DNA of 64,000 bases from Macrostomum lignano (lineage: Eukaryota), in NCBI GenBank assembly GCA_002269645.1, contig NIVC01000471.1, forward strand, positions 186,001 through 250,000. The letters are read 5' to 3'. The notes below the pieces were generated by a model, which worked only from the letters and a program-made list of their open reading frames with translations, searched no databases and had not been told where the DNA came from. Shown one piece after another: positions 1 through 43,384 of the stretch; positions within the stretch are counted from its first letter, which is position 1; every line of letters begins with the position of its first letter. Made by a program: the position numbers and the translations under genes.

Positions 1-1080
1 AGAGGGGATGAGAGTGAACACGATATCTGAGAGGAGAGAGGAGAGAGGAGTCAGATGAGGGGAAAGAGAAGAGTACAGAGGAGAGAGGTGAGAACATACG
101 AGTATACGAGAGTAAAGATGACAGATGAGAGAGGGAAGATAAGACTAAGAGAGCAAAGACGAGAGTGAACACACGAGAGATGGGAGAGTAGAGAGAAAAG
201 AGGATAGATAAGAAATAAGAGATGAGAGATGAAAGGTGAGACAAAGGGAGAGAGAGAGAGAGAGAAGTGAGTGAGGAAAGAGGAGGGGAGGGGAGAGAAT
301 CGAGAGGACAGGGGAAAGAGGGGAAAGGATGAGAGAGGGGTGAGGAGAGAGAGGGAGAGATAGAGGTAGAGAGCATGCAGAGAGAAATGAGAAGAGATAA
401 GAGAGAAAATATAAAAGAAGAGAAAGGTGAGATAGATAAGAGAGCAAAGACGAGAGAGGAGAGGTGAAGGAAGAGACGATAGAAGAGAGGAGAGAGAGAC
501 GAGAGAGTACAGAGTACAGAGGAGGGAGGAGAGGAGAAAGGAGAGAGGAGAAGTGTTCGGAGAGGGTAGAGTAAGGAGTGAGAAGAGGGGAGAGGGAAGA
601 GAGAATAGAGAGTGGAGAGCAGAGAGAAGATAGTAGAGAGCAGAGAGAAGATAGTAGAGAGCAGAGAGAAGATAATGCAGATCGAGCAGAGGGAAGATAG
701 AGTAGAGAGCAGAGAGAAGAGAGAGTAGAGAGCAGAGAGAAAATAGAGTAGAGAGGAGAGAGTAGAGAGCAGAGAGAAGATAATGCAGATCGAGCAGAGG
801 GAAGATAGAGTAGAGAGCAGAGAGAAGAGAGAGTAGAGAGCAGAGAGAAAATAGAGTAGAGAGGAGAGAGTAGAGAGCAGAGAGAAGACAGAATATAGAG
901 CAGAGAGAAATGGGAAGAGATAAAACAGGAGAAAGGGAGAGATAAGAGAGCAGAGACGAGAGAGGAGAGGAGAGGAGAGAAAATAATAAGAGGGAATAGA
1001 CGAGAGAAGAGGGGTTAGAAGAGAGAGAGAAGAGACCATAGACCAGAGAAGAGAGAAAACAGAAGAGAAGGTAGAGATAG
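1..1080. repeat. A/G-rich low-complexity tract
   Basis: Near-pure purine strand with degenerate GAGA repeats. Confidence 0.9.
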
Positions 1081-1220
1081 AAGTTTCTAAGGATCCAACT
1101 TCAAAGGGACAAGGAGAGGCAGAGGCCATGAGTTTGCCTGACATTCTGTGCAGCACCCCAACCAACAATATTAATGTTTGCTTCAAATACTAATTGTACA
1201 TGAATGTACTCAATTTTATG

Positions 1221-1353
1221 TTTAACTCTATCCTAAATTCCTAACTATTAAAATGTTTTTGTTTAAGTATGGGCTCAGATTTCAGAACACATGCAAAAAT
1301 AGTTCCGGGGGTTGGAATTCCCCGGGTTCAAATTCCGCGGGTTTCAACAGCTT
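1221..1353 (+). mobile_element. Helitron-like 3' terminal remnant
   Basis: Roughly 75% identical by eye to the reverse complement of 12362-12490; ends CCGCGGGTTTCAACAGCTTGT, resembling Helitron ...CCGCGGG...CAGCTAGT termini. Confidence 0.5.
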
Positions 1354-1370
1354 GTCCCACTTAAATCCAA

Positions 1371-1875
1371 AGATAATTCCAAAGAAACCGTACTTGAATC
1401 CTAAGGGAATCCCAAAGAAATCGTACTTGAATCCTAAGGGAATCCCAAAGAAATCGTACTTGAATCCTAAGGGAATCCCAAGGAAATCGTACTTGAATCC
1501 TAAGGGAATCCCAAGGAAATCGTACTTGAATCCTAAGGGAATCCAAGGAAATCGTACTTGAATCCTAAGGGAATCCCAAGGAAATCGTACTTGAATCCTA
1601 AGGGAATCCCAAGGAAATCGTACTTGAATCCTAAGGGAATCCCAAGGAAATCGTACTTGAATCCTAAGGGAATCCCAAGGAAATCGTACTTGAATCCTAA
1701 GGGAATCCCAAGGAAATCGTACTTGAATCCTAAGGGAATCCCAAGGAAATCGTACTTGAATCCTAAGGGAATCCCAAGGAAATCGTACTTGAATCCTAAG
1801 GAAATCCCAAGGAAATCGTACTTGAATCCTAAGGGAATCCCAAGGAAATCGTACTTGAATCCTAAAGGAATCACA
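1371..1875. repeat. 33-bp minisatellite
   Basis: AAGGAAATCGTACTTGAATCCTAAGGGAATCCC x ~15. Confidence 0.95.
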
Positions 1876-2211
1876 AAAAATTAGTGGAAAACTCCAGAAA
1901 GTCCTAATTAACGTAATTCCTACGAAATTGTATTGCAATCGGTAAGAAAATATTGGTAACCCTAATAATAGAATCCCAAGCTAAATTTTAAGAAAATCCT
2001 ATTGCAATCTTTGTTACAATTTAGTATATTAGATTTATCGCAGGGAACTTCCATGGGAATTCCGTGGGCAATCCGAAGAAAGCGCCGGATAAAAGTCTGA
2101 AAGTCTACCATTGTAAAATGAAATTTATAATTCTTGAATTAGTAAAAAATTTCAACTATGAGCCTAATACAAGAAGCACGAAACATGAAAACATGAAAAT
2201 CTTGTCACCAG

Positions 2212-33721
<31,510 letters not shown>

Positions 33722-33808
33722 ACTTTGGTCAGTTCAGCTTGACATTCTTTAAACTTTTGCCGCAGTCCAAAGCGCGAAACTGACAGATTTTTTGTTACGA
33801 CTTACGTT

Positions 33809-33814
33809 AATAAA
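33809..33814 (+). terminator. Probable ferlin polyadenylation signal
   Basis: AATAAA 88 nt after the stop; conserved in the duplicate at 53130-53135; a second AATAAA lies at 34150. Confidence 0.55.
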
Positions 33815-34319
33815 TATTATTAATCTCTGTGCTAAGAGATTTAGATTAAATAGTATTACCATTTAGATATAGACAATCTTGAAAAATAATTTTTGAATAG
33901 CTACATAGAATGTATCTCGCAATAGTCTTATTTATTCACTCGTTATTCGTTTTGTTAATCGCATAATACGCTCGTAATGGCCCAATTTTAACAAATCAAA
34001 AATTCGAAACCAAACTTACTGCTCTTTAGTTGTTTGTTTAACCCGAATTACATATTTTATAATCTCGCTTACAACCCGACTCTCTGCAATACTGAAGTTT
34101 TTTGGTTACGTTTTTTCGAAATTTTCAATGAAAAAAGTGAAAATAATTAAATAAATGAATTTCAACTTTCTAATCGGGTTTTTGACTTTGAATTTTGATT
34201 TTGCAATTTTTTCTTGCACTTCTGCGCACTCTGCTATTGTCTCAAAAATAGTTAATTGGCTTTTCCTTGTTAGTTCTCAATTTTAACTGTTTTCAGAATC
34301 CTGAGATTTCTACTGAAAT

Positions 34320-34725
34320 TCCCTCTGGGATTATCCTTGAGATTCCCCTCTGGAATTCTCCTGGAGATTCCCCTCTGGAATTCTCCTGGAGATTCCCCTC
34401 TGGAATTCTCCTGGAGATTCCCCTCTGGAATTATCCTTGAGATTCCCCTCTGGAATTCTCCTGGAGATTCCCCTCTGGAATTCTCCTGGAGATTCCCCTC
34501 TGGAATTCTCCTGGAGATTCTTCTCTGGAATTATCCGGCAGATTCCCCTCTGGAATTCTCCTGAAGATTCCCCTCTGGAATTCTCCTGGAGATTCTTCTC
34601 TGGAATTCTCCTGGAGATTCTTCTCTGGAATTCTCCGGCAGATTCTCCTCTGGAATTCTCCTGAAGATTCCCCTCTGGAATTCTCCTGAAGATTCCCCTC
34701 TGGAATTCTTCTTGAGATTCTTCTC
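34320..34725. repeat. 25-bp minisatellite (related array 53630-54090)
   Basis: GAGATTCCCCTCTGGAATTCTCCTG. Confidence 0.92.
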
Positions 34726-35332
34726 AACCTGGCTGTGTCTAGCTGTGTCCAGGTGTACCTAGATGTGTCCAATTTGTATAGATGTGTCCAGGTGTGTCTA
34801 GATGTGTCCAAGTCCAAGTGTGTCTAGATTGTTATGATAAATGCCAAGTCATGTTTGCGAGCGAGCGAGAAAACTCTTAGACCCAGACACTGGGTAAGCA
34901 CCGATATATGCTGTTGAGAACTTCACTGTACATAGAAGGGGTGGGGGGGCAGTGTACAGAGATGTACACGAAACTACGAGAGTAAATATTAGTGCACACA
35001 AGTCACACACAACACCTCCCAACATTAGTTAACGATAATCCCACGAGTTCGGAGAGTAAAAGTAACGGAACATTAAAATAAAATATTAGTTCTTGCATTG
35101 CAAAGTCGCACAAGATAACATTTAAATATTTGTAGCAAAGCAGGAATAAAACAAGGATTATACCAACAATAAAGTTTCTCGCATTTATAGTATAGGGGCC
35201 AATACGCCCATCAGTCACTACAGTCAATCGCAATCAATTATCAGTTCACTGGGTTGGTTCACCATGAGGCCTGGTACCGCTTTGGCTGTTGTACGAGTCG
35301 ACCTCGTCTGGTGCGGAATCCAGGCTGTTCCG

Positions 35333-38300
35333 TGTCATGACTTGGGGTGGGGGACGCGTGGTAGGGGTGGAGCTTGTTTAGTAAGCCTAGCTAGCAGTAC
35401 GTACGGTAATGTACATGCGCGGGCCACCGTGCCCCTTGGCCTATAAAATATACAGAGCGTGGAGGGTTTTGCCTCAACTGAGTTTACTCCAGAATAAGCG
35501 ACTTGACTTCATTACAATTGGTGACGAGAATGGCTTCAGTTGGACAACTAGAGCCTTACGAAGAAGGCAAAGATTGGGACGCCTATCAAGAGCGAATGGA
35601 CTCTTACATGCTTGCAAACGGCATAGAAGGCGACGATAAGAAGAAGGCAGTGTTTCTGACATTGATTGGCGAACGATGCTACGCAGTCCTGTGGGATCTC
35701 TGCAGTCCGACCAAGCCAACAGATCTGCAATACAGCGCCCTCACCGAGCACCTTCAAAAGTACTTCAAACCGAAGAAGCCAGTGATCGCTGAACGGTTCA
35801 AGTTCTACAAGCGAGCACAAAAGGACGGAGAGACGGCTGCTCAATTTCTGACCGCGCTGCGAAATCTGGCCGATTCGTGCGAGTTCGGGGGGTTTCGAGA
35901 AGAAGCTCTCCAAGACTGTTTCGTCTGCGGTCTTCGGGACCAGCGGACCCAGCAGCGACTCCTGATGGAGGAGAAGCTCACGCTGGATGCGGCCAAGAAA
36001 ATTGCCCTCGCGGCGGAGATTGCTAAGTCGGAAACTGAGCAGTGGAAATCGAGCTCAGAGGTCAGCTCAGTCCAGCAGGTAGCGCCAGACTCGAAGGCGT
36101 GCTACAGGTGCGGATTGAAAGGCCACCTGTCGGCAGCCTGCCACTTCAGGACCGCAAAGTGCCACAACTGCGGGAAAGTTGGACATCTGCAGAAAGTTTG
36201 CCGCTCAGCCAAGAAAGCCTCCAGCACAACGAAAGCCGGACGGCCAGAGAGCGGATCAGCGCACGCAATGCAAACGGAAGAGGAGGAGGAAGCAGCAACT
36301 GGCTGGATTTCGCAAGTCACTGCATCGGCCAAGAAGATCAGCGTAAGCCTGCTGGTGAATGACCAGCCCCTCACCATGCAGCTGGACACCGGTGCCTGCG
36401 TCAGCCTCGTACCGGAGTCGGTGTGGAAACAACTCGGCCGACCTCCGCTGACACCAACACGCCTGCGACTCCGGACCTGGACGGGCGAGCCAATACAAGT
36501 CAAGGGAACAGCCGAGGTCATGGTCAACTACGACGGAAGACAGCATCATAAGCTGCCGCTGGTGGTCACCAGTCAGACCGGAGCCTGCCCATTGCTAGGA
36601 CGCAATTGGCTGGAAAAAGTGCGACTCAACTGGACTCAGTTGTTTGCCAACCAGATCAGCCAGGCGCCGGCGCAGAACAGCGGGCCTCTCGACCAGATGC
36701 TGGAGGAGTTCGCTGAGGTTTTCGACGAGAGCCTGGGGCAGTTGAAGGATCAGACAGTCACACTGAGACTTAAAAGTAACGCACAGCCTCGATTCTGCAA
36801 GGCCAGACCCGTGCCATTCGCAGTGCGGGACAAGCTGGAGCTCGAGCTCCAGGACATGCTCAACAAAGGCATCATCCGCCCGGTGACCTACAGCGAGTGG
36901 GCTACGCCAGTGGTTCCGGTACTCAAGGCGGACGGCTCAGTCCGACTGTGCGGCGACTATAAACTGACGTTGAACCCTCAGCTCCACATCGACCAGTACC
37001 CGCTGCCTACGCCTGAAGAGCTTTACGAGCAGATGGGACGGGGTCAGCTGTTCTCAAAACTCGATCTGTCACAATGTTATCTTCAGTTTCCACTCGACGA
37101 AGAGAGCTGCAAGCTGACGACCATCAACACGCATAAAGGGCTTTTCGAGTACCTCCGGTTGCCATTTGGCGTCAGTTCGGCTCCTGCGATTTGCCAGAGG
37201 CTGATGGAAACACTTTTGAAGGGCGTGCCGGGAGTCTGTTGCCGCATTGATGACATCCTGGTCTCCGGTCCGTCAATGAGTGAGCACCTAGCAGCGCTTC
37301 GCGAGGTACTGACCAGGCTAAGAGCGGCGGGCTTGCGGCTGAAGCGAATCAAGTGCAAATTTCTGCAAGAAGAAGTCGAATACCTGGGCTCGTTGCTGAG
37401 CAAGGACGGAGTCAAGAAGCTGCCTCAGAAGGTGGAAGCAATAGTCAACAGCCCGAAGCCAGCGACAGTATCAGAGCTGCGATCATTCTTGGGCCTCGCA
37501 AACTACTATGCTCGACATGTCAAGGACTTCTCCACGATCGCTGCTCCTCTGTATCAACTTTTGAGGAAGGAGACGGACTGGCGGTGGGCTGAGACGGAGG
37601 ACCGAGCCTGGGACCATCTTAAGCAAGAACTGAGTTCGGACAGCGTGCTGACGCATTTCAACGAGCAGCTTCCAGTGGTGGTGGCCGCGGATGCTTCATC
37701 GGTCGGCATCGGCGCGGTGCTGTCCCACACGATGGAGGACGGCTCGGAACGGCCGGTGACCTTTGCTTCAAGGACGCTGTCAGCAGCGGAGCGAAATTAC
37801 TCGCAAATTGAGAAAGAAGCCCTCGCCATCGTGTTCACCATCAAGCGGTTCCACCAGTACCTGTTCGGCCGTAGCTTCACGATAATTACGGATCATCAGC
37901 CGTTGACGACGATTTTCGGACCGAAGGTTGGCATCTCCCCGACTGCAGCAGGGCGACTTCAGAGATGGGCACTGCTGCTGTCAGGGTACAGCTACAGCAT
38001 CCGGTTCCGCAAGACTGCTCAGCACAGCAACGCAGACGGCCTGTCTCGCTTGCCCCTGCAGATGAAGGACGACAGCCCAGACGACGACGATCGGGTCTGT
38101 CAGCTGACGGGCGAGTTCCCATTGACGGCGGCGGATGTAGCGGCAGCAACGAAGCGAGATGACGAGCTCCGAGATGTTCTCCGGATGATAATTACTGGCT
38201 GGCCAGAGTCGGTTCCCCCGGGGCTCGAGCCCTACTTTCGTCGTCGACTAGAACTAAGCGTGGAAGACGGCTGCGTGATCTGGGGAACTCGTGTACTGGT

Positions 38301-39621
38301 TCCGGAAGCGTTGCGACCTGGAGTTCTGCGCGAGTTACACGTGGAACATTTCGGCATGGCCCGGATGAAAAGTGTCGCCAGAACCTTCGTCTGGTGGCCA
38401 GGAATGGATTCTGACATCGAGTCGGTTGCCAGCAGCTGCCAAGCCTGCCAATCCGTTAAGTTGCATCCGGTGCTGGCTCCACTGCACCCCTGGGTGTGGC
38501 CAGACCAGCCCTGGGACCGCATCCACGTTGACTTTGCGGGCCCGGTTCGAGGCCGCCAGTTTCTCCTCGTAGTCGACGCGCACTCAAAGTGGCCGCATGT
38601 GGAGGCCGTGTCAACACTCGAATCGGCCGAGCTGGTTCGCAAGCTGCGAGTGTTGTTTGCACAATGGGGCCTGCCGAGAGAACTGGTATCGGACAACGGT
38701 CCAGCATTCATCAGTCAAGGATTTAGCGATTTCTGCAAAGCAAATGGAATTCGCCACACAACAAGCAGTCCATATCACGCCAAGACCAACAGACTGGTGG
38801 AACGGCTGGTGAAGTCGTTCAAGATGGCCATGGAGGCGTCACGGAGCAGTCAGCCGGACCTCGACATCCGCCTGTGCAACTGGCTGCTGGGCTACCGAGC
38901 TAGCCCGCACCCAACGACCGGTCGGACACCAGCGGAGCTCTTCCTGAAGCGGCAGCTCCGGACTCGAATGGACCTGCTGCGGCCGTCAGCCCGGGATCGA
39001 GTACTGCGGGAGCAATCTGCCCAGAAACGACAGCACGACCGGCGGTCGCGGGAGCTGCCGGAGGAGCCGTGGTCGGAGGCCTGGGCCAGGGACTACCGGC
39101 CTAATGCGGCGGCCTGGCAACCAGCAAAAGTTCTCGAGCAGACTGGGCCACTGAGCTTCCGAGTCGAAACGAGCGACGGCCTGACCTGGCGCCGTCATGC
39201 CGACCAACTGCGGGGCCGGCGAGTCGAGAGCGACGAACCTGACGGTCCAGCTGCCGGGACCGAGCCAGCTGAAGCTGCGGACTCGACCGGGACCGGCGCG
39301 GAGCACCCGGAGCCGGAGCCGCCAGACGCGCCCTGCGGACTGCAGCCTGCACGCCGGCGACGGCCACCTGAGAAGCTGACTTACTCGAAACTCGGGAGCT
39401 GTGATTGATAGGGAGCGGACTTCTTCTGAGAGGGGAAAAGTGTCATGACTTGGGGTGGGGGCCGCGTGGTAGGGGTGGAGCTTGTTTAGTAAGCCTAGCT
39501 AGCAGTACGTACGGTAATGTACATGCGCGGGCCACCGTGCCCCTTGGCCTATAAAATATACAGAGCGTGGAGGGTTTTGCCTCAACTGAGTTTACTCCAG
39601 AATAAGCGACTTGACTTCATT
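35333..39621 (+). mobile_element. Ty3/gypsy (Mag-like) LTR retrotransposon, apparently intact
   Basis: LTRs 35333-35516 and 39441-39621 (1 substitution seen; 3' LTR lacks its last bases); TGTCATGA...TCATTACA inverted ends; PBS TGGTGACGAG at 35519; PPT GAGAGGGGAAAAG 39428-39440. Confidence 0.96.
35530..39408 (+). CDS. gag-pol polyprotein (2x CCHC, protease, RT, RNase H, integrase)
   Basis: Single open frame of 1292 aa from ATG 35530: CYRCGLKGHLSAAC, CHNCGKVGHLQKVC, LDTGA, LPFG...RIDD, ADAS...NYSQIEKE, HHCC and D-D-E integrase. Confidence 0.96.
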   Translation: MASVGQLEPYEEGKDWDAYQERMDSYMLANGIEGDDKKKAVFLTLIGERCYAVLWDLCSPTKPTDLQYSALTEHLQKYFKPKKPVIAERFKFYKRAQKDGETAAQFLTALRNLADSCEFGGFREEALQDCFVCGLRDQRTQQRLLMEEKLTLDAAKKIALAAEIAKSETEQWKSSSEVSSVQQVAPDSKACYRCGLKGHLSAACHFRTAKCHNCGKVGHLQKVCRSAKKASSTTKAGRPESGSAHAMQTEEEEEAATGWISQVTASAKKISVSLLVNDQPLTMQLDTGACVSLVPESVWKQLGRPPLTPTRLRLRTWTGEPIQVKGTAEVMVNYDGRQHHKLPLVVTSQTGACPLLGRNWLEKVRLNWTQLFANQISQAPAQNSGPLDQMLEEFAEVFDESLGQLKDQTVTLRLKSNAQPRFCKARPVPFAVRDKLELELQDMLNKGIIRPVTYSEWATPVVPVLKADGSVRLCGDYKLTLNPQLHIDQYPLPTPEELYEQMGRGQLFSKLDLSQCYLQFPLDEESCKLTTINTHKGLFEYLRLPFGVSSAPAICQRLMETLLKGVPGVCCRIDDILVSGPSMSEHLAALREVLTRLRAAGLRLKRIKCKFLQEEVEYLGSLLSKDGVKKLPQKVEAIVNSPKPATVSELRSFLGLANYYARHVKDFSTIAAPLYQLLRKETDWRWAETEDRAWDHLKQELSSDSVLTHFNEQLPVVVAADASSVGIGAVLSHTMEDGSERPVTFASRTLSAAERNYSQIEKEALAIVFTIKRFHQYLFGRSFTIITDHQPLTTIFGPKVGISPTAAGRLQRWALLLSGYSYSIRFRKTAQHSNADGLSRLPLQMKDDSPDDDDRVCQLTGEFPLTAADVAAATKRDDELRDVLRMIITGWPESVPPGLEPYFRRRLELSVEDGCVIWGTRVLVPEALRPGVLRELHVEHFGMARMKSVARTFVWWPGMDSDIESVASSCQACQSVKLHPVLAPLHPWVWPDQPWDRIHVDFAGPVRGRQFLLVVDAHSKWPHVEAVSTLESAELVRKLRVLFAQWGLPRELVSDNGPAFISQGFSDFCKANGIRHTTSSPYHAKTNRLVERLVKSFKMAMEASRSSQPDLDIRLCNWLLGYRASPHPTTGRTPAELFLKRQLRTRMDLLRPSARDRVLREQSAQKRQHDRRSRELPEEPWSEAWARDYRPNAAAWQPAKVLEQTGPLSFRVETSDGLTWRRHADQLRGRRVESDEPDGPAAGTEPAEAADSTGTGAEHPEPEPPDAPCGLQPARRRRPPEKLTYSKLGSCD

Positions 39622-42333
39622 CCTTCTCAACTACCGGAGCTCTCCGTCTGGTCAGGCTGCACAGGTGCCGGCTGCACAGGTGCCCTCTGCTCAGGTGCCG
39701 GCTGCACAAGTGCCGGCTGCACATCCGCTTCCATCTCGCCATCCTCGCCGACCTCCGGGTAGCTCTCATGGAACGGAACGCCAATCTGACGAGGCCGGAT
39801 GAACCGCCGATTGCGCCGGAGCAGCTGTCCCGACTCGGTGCGAAGCCAGTAGGACCTTGGACTGCCGTCAACTTCGTTGTCTACCTCGGCAGCCGCCCAA
39901 TCTCGACGACCGCATTGAAGCCAGACCGGTTCACCGACCTTCAAGCGTTGCAGTGCGCGGGCACCGCGATTGTAGAGTTGAGCTGCTTGGGTCCGTTGCT
40001 TCTCAAAGGCTTCGATGCTGGCGTGCACGTGGGTCTCCCGAGGCCGCAGATCCTGCACCGCTGTAGGCAAATCGCACCGGAGTTTGCGGCCGAACGCCAT
40101 CTCTGCGGGACTTGGAAAGCCGCTACCGACTGGCGTGTTGCGATAGTGCAGAAGGGCTATGGCCAGGCTCTGACCAGTCTCCTGACACTTCTTCATCATA
40201 TTCTTGGCTGTCTGCACATATCGCTCTGCTCTGCCGTTTGACTGCGGGTAGGTTGGACTCGAAGTGCGGTGCTCCACTTGAAATCTTTTGATGAACTGGC
40301 GGAATTCCCCGGCTGAGAACTGCGGACCGTTATCGCTGACGAGCTTGTCAGGCACACCAAAGTTCTGGAAATGGTCTTGGAGCACCTGCACCACGGCCGT
40401 GCTGGTAATCGAGCGCAGTCGGGTGACGCTCATCCAGTGGCTGTAGGCGTCCACGTACACCAGATAGGTTGCACCGCGGTACTCGAACAGGTCGGTAGAG
40501 CAAACTTGAAACGGGAACTCAGACATTTTAAAGGGCATCAGAGTCTCCTTCGACTGCGCCTTCATGTTCCGCTGACAGGCCTCGCACTGGCTGACTGGAT
40601 GCAGTTGCGCATTCCTGGCCAGTAGAAGTAGTCTTTGGCTTTAAGGTCCATCTTGACGATACCAGGGTGTCCAGCGTGCAGGATGCTGAGGATGGAGCTT
40701 CTCGCACTGCCAGCTGGAACGTAGATGCGGTCTTTCAAACACAGCAGTCCCGACACGAGAGTCAGATCGTGCCGAAGGTCCCAAAAGGCCTTCAAATCTT
40801 CCGGCAACCGCGCTCTTTGCTCCGGCCAGCCGGCTAGAATGACGCTCTGTAGACGCTGACTTGTCTGATCTGCTGTCGTAGCCTTCTTGATCATGTCCAG
40901 GATCTCACGGTCACCACTGAAGCACCGCTCTATAGCCAACACTTGTCCGTCTAAAGCTTCCTCCAGCAAAAGTGTCAAGTTGTCTGTCCGTCCATGAGCT
41001 CGGCTCAGCGTGTCGGCAACGTACAACTCCTTTCCTGGGGTGTACCTCACCCGGATGTCGTACGGCTGCAGCTGAAGCAATAGACGCTGGATCCGCGGCG
41101 TGGTGTCACAGAGCTGCTTCTTAAAGATGGCCTCTAGCGGCTTGTGGTCGCTTTGAACATGGACAGTGCGGCCCCAGAGGTAGCGGTGAAATTTCTTATA
41201 GCCGTAGACAATAGCTAGGAGCTCCTTCTCAATTTGGGCATAAGACTGTTGAGCACTTGTCATTGCCGACGACGCAAACTCAACCGGACGATCCTCTTGG
41301 AGCAGCACAGCCCCAATGCCGCTCTTACTGACATCTACAGACACAGTGACTGGCTTGGTGACATCGAATGTGACCAACACTCTGTCTGAGCAGAGCTCAG
41401 TGATGATTGCATCGTACGCCTCATCATGCTGATGCGTCCAACTCCAGATAACTTCCTTCTTTAGCAGATGTCTAAGCGGCTCAGCAGTGGAGGACAGATG
41501 TGGACAAAACTTAGCCAGATACGTGACGCAGCCGAGAAATCTGCGAAGCTGCTCCTTCTTTGACGTGAGGCCTTCGATGTCATTTGGCCTCGTCATCTCC
41601 TTGATCGCTTTGACTTTCATCGGGTCTGCACGCAATCCTTCAGAGCTCAGCACATCTCCCAGGTAGTTGAGTTCTTGGACGCCAACTCGCATCTTCTGTG
41701 GATTCAGCGTCACCTTGGCTCGCTTGCACTGCTCAAGGAGCTCTCGCACTGCCTGATCATGCTCCTCGATAGTCTTGCCCCAAACGATGATGTCGTCAAA
41801 GAAATTCTTGGTGTTCTTCACGTGGTTGGTGACGTTCTCTTCCATTCTTTTCTGGAAGACCTCCGAAGAGACCGTACGGCACGCGCTTCCAGCGATATCG
41901 GCCAAATGGAGTGTGGAATGTTGTCAGGAAAGAACTTTCGTCCTCGAGTTTCAGCTGATGAAAGCTCTCGTTCGCGTGGAATGAGCTGTACAGGATGGCT
42001 CAAGCAGTCACAGCTCGCACCTCCTCGGCAGTCGGAATTGGATGGTACTCACGAACGATGAACCTATTCAGGTACGTCGGATCCAGGCACAGCCGCATGG
42101 ATCCGTCCTTCTTCCAGACGATGGCCACATTAGAGACCCATTGTGTCGGCTCATCAACTCGCACAATGGTGCCTTCTTTCTCCAGTGTTTCGAGCTCACA
42201 TTTGAGTGGTTGATACGCAGCGAACGGCACCTTGCGAGGAGGCTGCACTTTTGGCGCGGCGCTGTCAGCAAGCCGGATGGTGTACGGTTGCTCCATGCAG
42301 CCAACGCTGTTGAATACTTCAGGGTATGCGGCT

Positions 42334-42832
42334 ATTTTGTTGTACTTTTTATTTGCAACTCAGTTTGTCATAAATTACCATAGACTAAATTCCTTTTACA
42401 GTTCTTTCTCGCAGTTAAGTTTCTCGCCCCAAGCCTTCTCGTCGTTAACTCATAAAATATATTCCAATTCGAATCTAAGTTAAGTTGTAGTTTCACTACA
42501 AATTGGTCCGGTGAGGCGGCGAAAGATATTACTCGCATACTCAACACTCGTATTTCAACTGTATAACCGCTTCGTTTCAATAATTTAAGCCATTCCACCA
42601 TTTTATAATTCAGTTACAGTCTCTTTTCCCCGTGCTCCGCAATTGGAGGGGGGAGTCGTATGGGTATTTTGTTGTACTTTTTATTTGCAACTCAGTTTGT
42701 CATAAATTACCATAGACTAAATTCCTTTTACAGTTCTTTCTCGCAGTTAAGTTTCTCGCCCCAAGCCTTCTCGTCGTTAACTCATAAAATATATTCCAAT
42801 TCGAATCTAAGTTAAGTTGTAGTTTCACTACA
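42334..42832 (+). mobile_element. TRIM (miniature LTR retrotransposon), 499 bp
   Basis: Two identical 167-bp direct repeats (42334-42500, 42666-42832) ending CTACA; 165-bp interior with TGGTCCGG PBS-like site 3 nt after the left repeat and GGAGGGGGGAG PPT near the right repeat; 5-bp TSD CGGCT. Confidence 0.88.
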
Positions 42833-43384
42833 CGGCTTTCACCTGAGAGGCTGTGAGTTCTGACACCTGCTGTTTTTGCACTTTTCTGATGCTGCTGTTC
42901 TGGCTCTGCACAGCAAATAGTTTCTTGACTAACTGCAGCTCTTCAATTGCTGATTTCCAGCCGAAAATCGGTGTAGAGCTCTCGCCGATGACTACAAACT
43001 GAAGTCTGACATTCTTACGGCAGGGCCATGACACTGTCAAGTACGTGGTTTCGACCACGTCCAACAGCTGCTTATTGTAGGTGGTCAGTGTCCAGGACGT
43101 AGGCTCAATTGCTGCTGCTGAGGCAATCTGGATCAGCTGTCTCAGAGGAATCACATTAACATCCGCCCCAGTGTCTACCTTGAAGTGCAGCTTTCTTCCG
43201 GAGTCCGTGACTGACAGGCAGACCTTCATCGACGAGGCATCTGTTTGCAACTTGGTCTGGCGAGCACTCGGCTTCTCAACCGTCATGATAGCTGCTGCCG
43301 GAGCATCGCCGGCACAGTCAGCCTTGGAGTCCTCCACCAGCTCGTTGACCTTCCCTGAGCGGCACACGGACGAAAAATGTCAGG

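Larger units (their letters stand above)
34830..43383 (-). mobile_element. Older, decayed Ty3/gypsy element hosting two nested insertions
   Basis: pol pieces: protease DTGA (42828-43367), RT (42000-42330, 41640-41990; FFDD), RNase H, integrase (39627-40565). In-frame TGA at 42000, frameshifts near 41875 and 40590. C-terminal tail PGFRTRRGRLVQQPKRYQASW* resumes at 35259-35327 on the far side of the young element. Putative 3' LTR ~34830-35014 (low confidence); 5' end truncated in the zinc knuckle. Confidence 0.88.
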
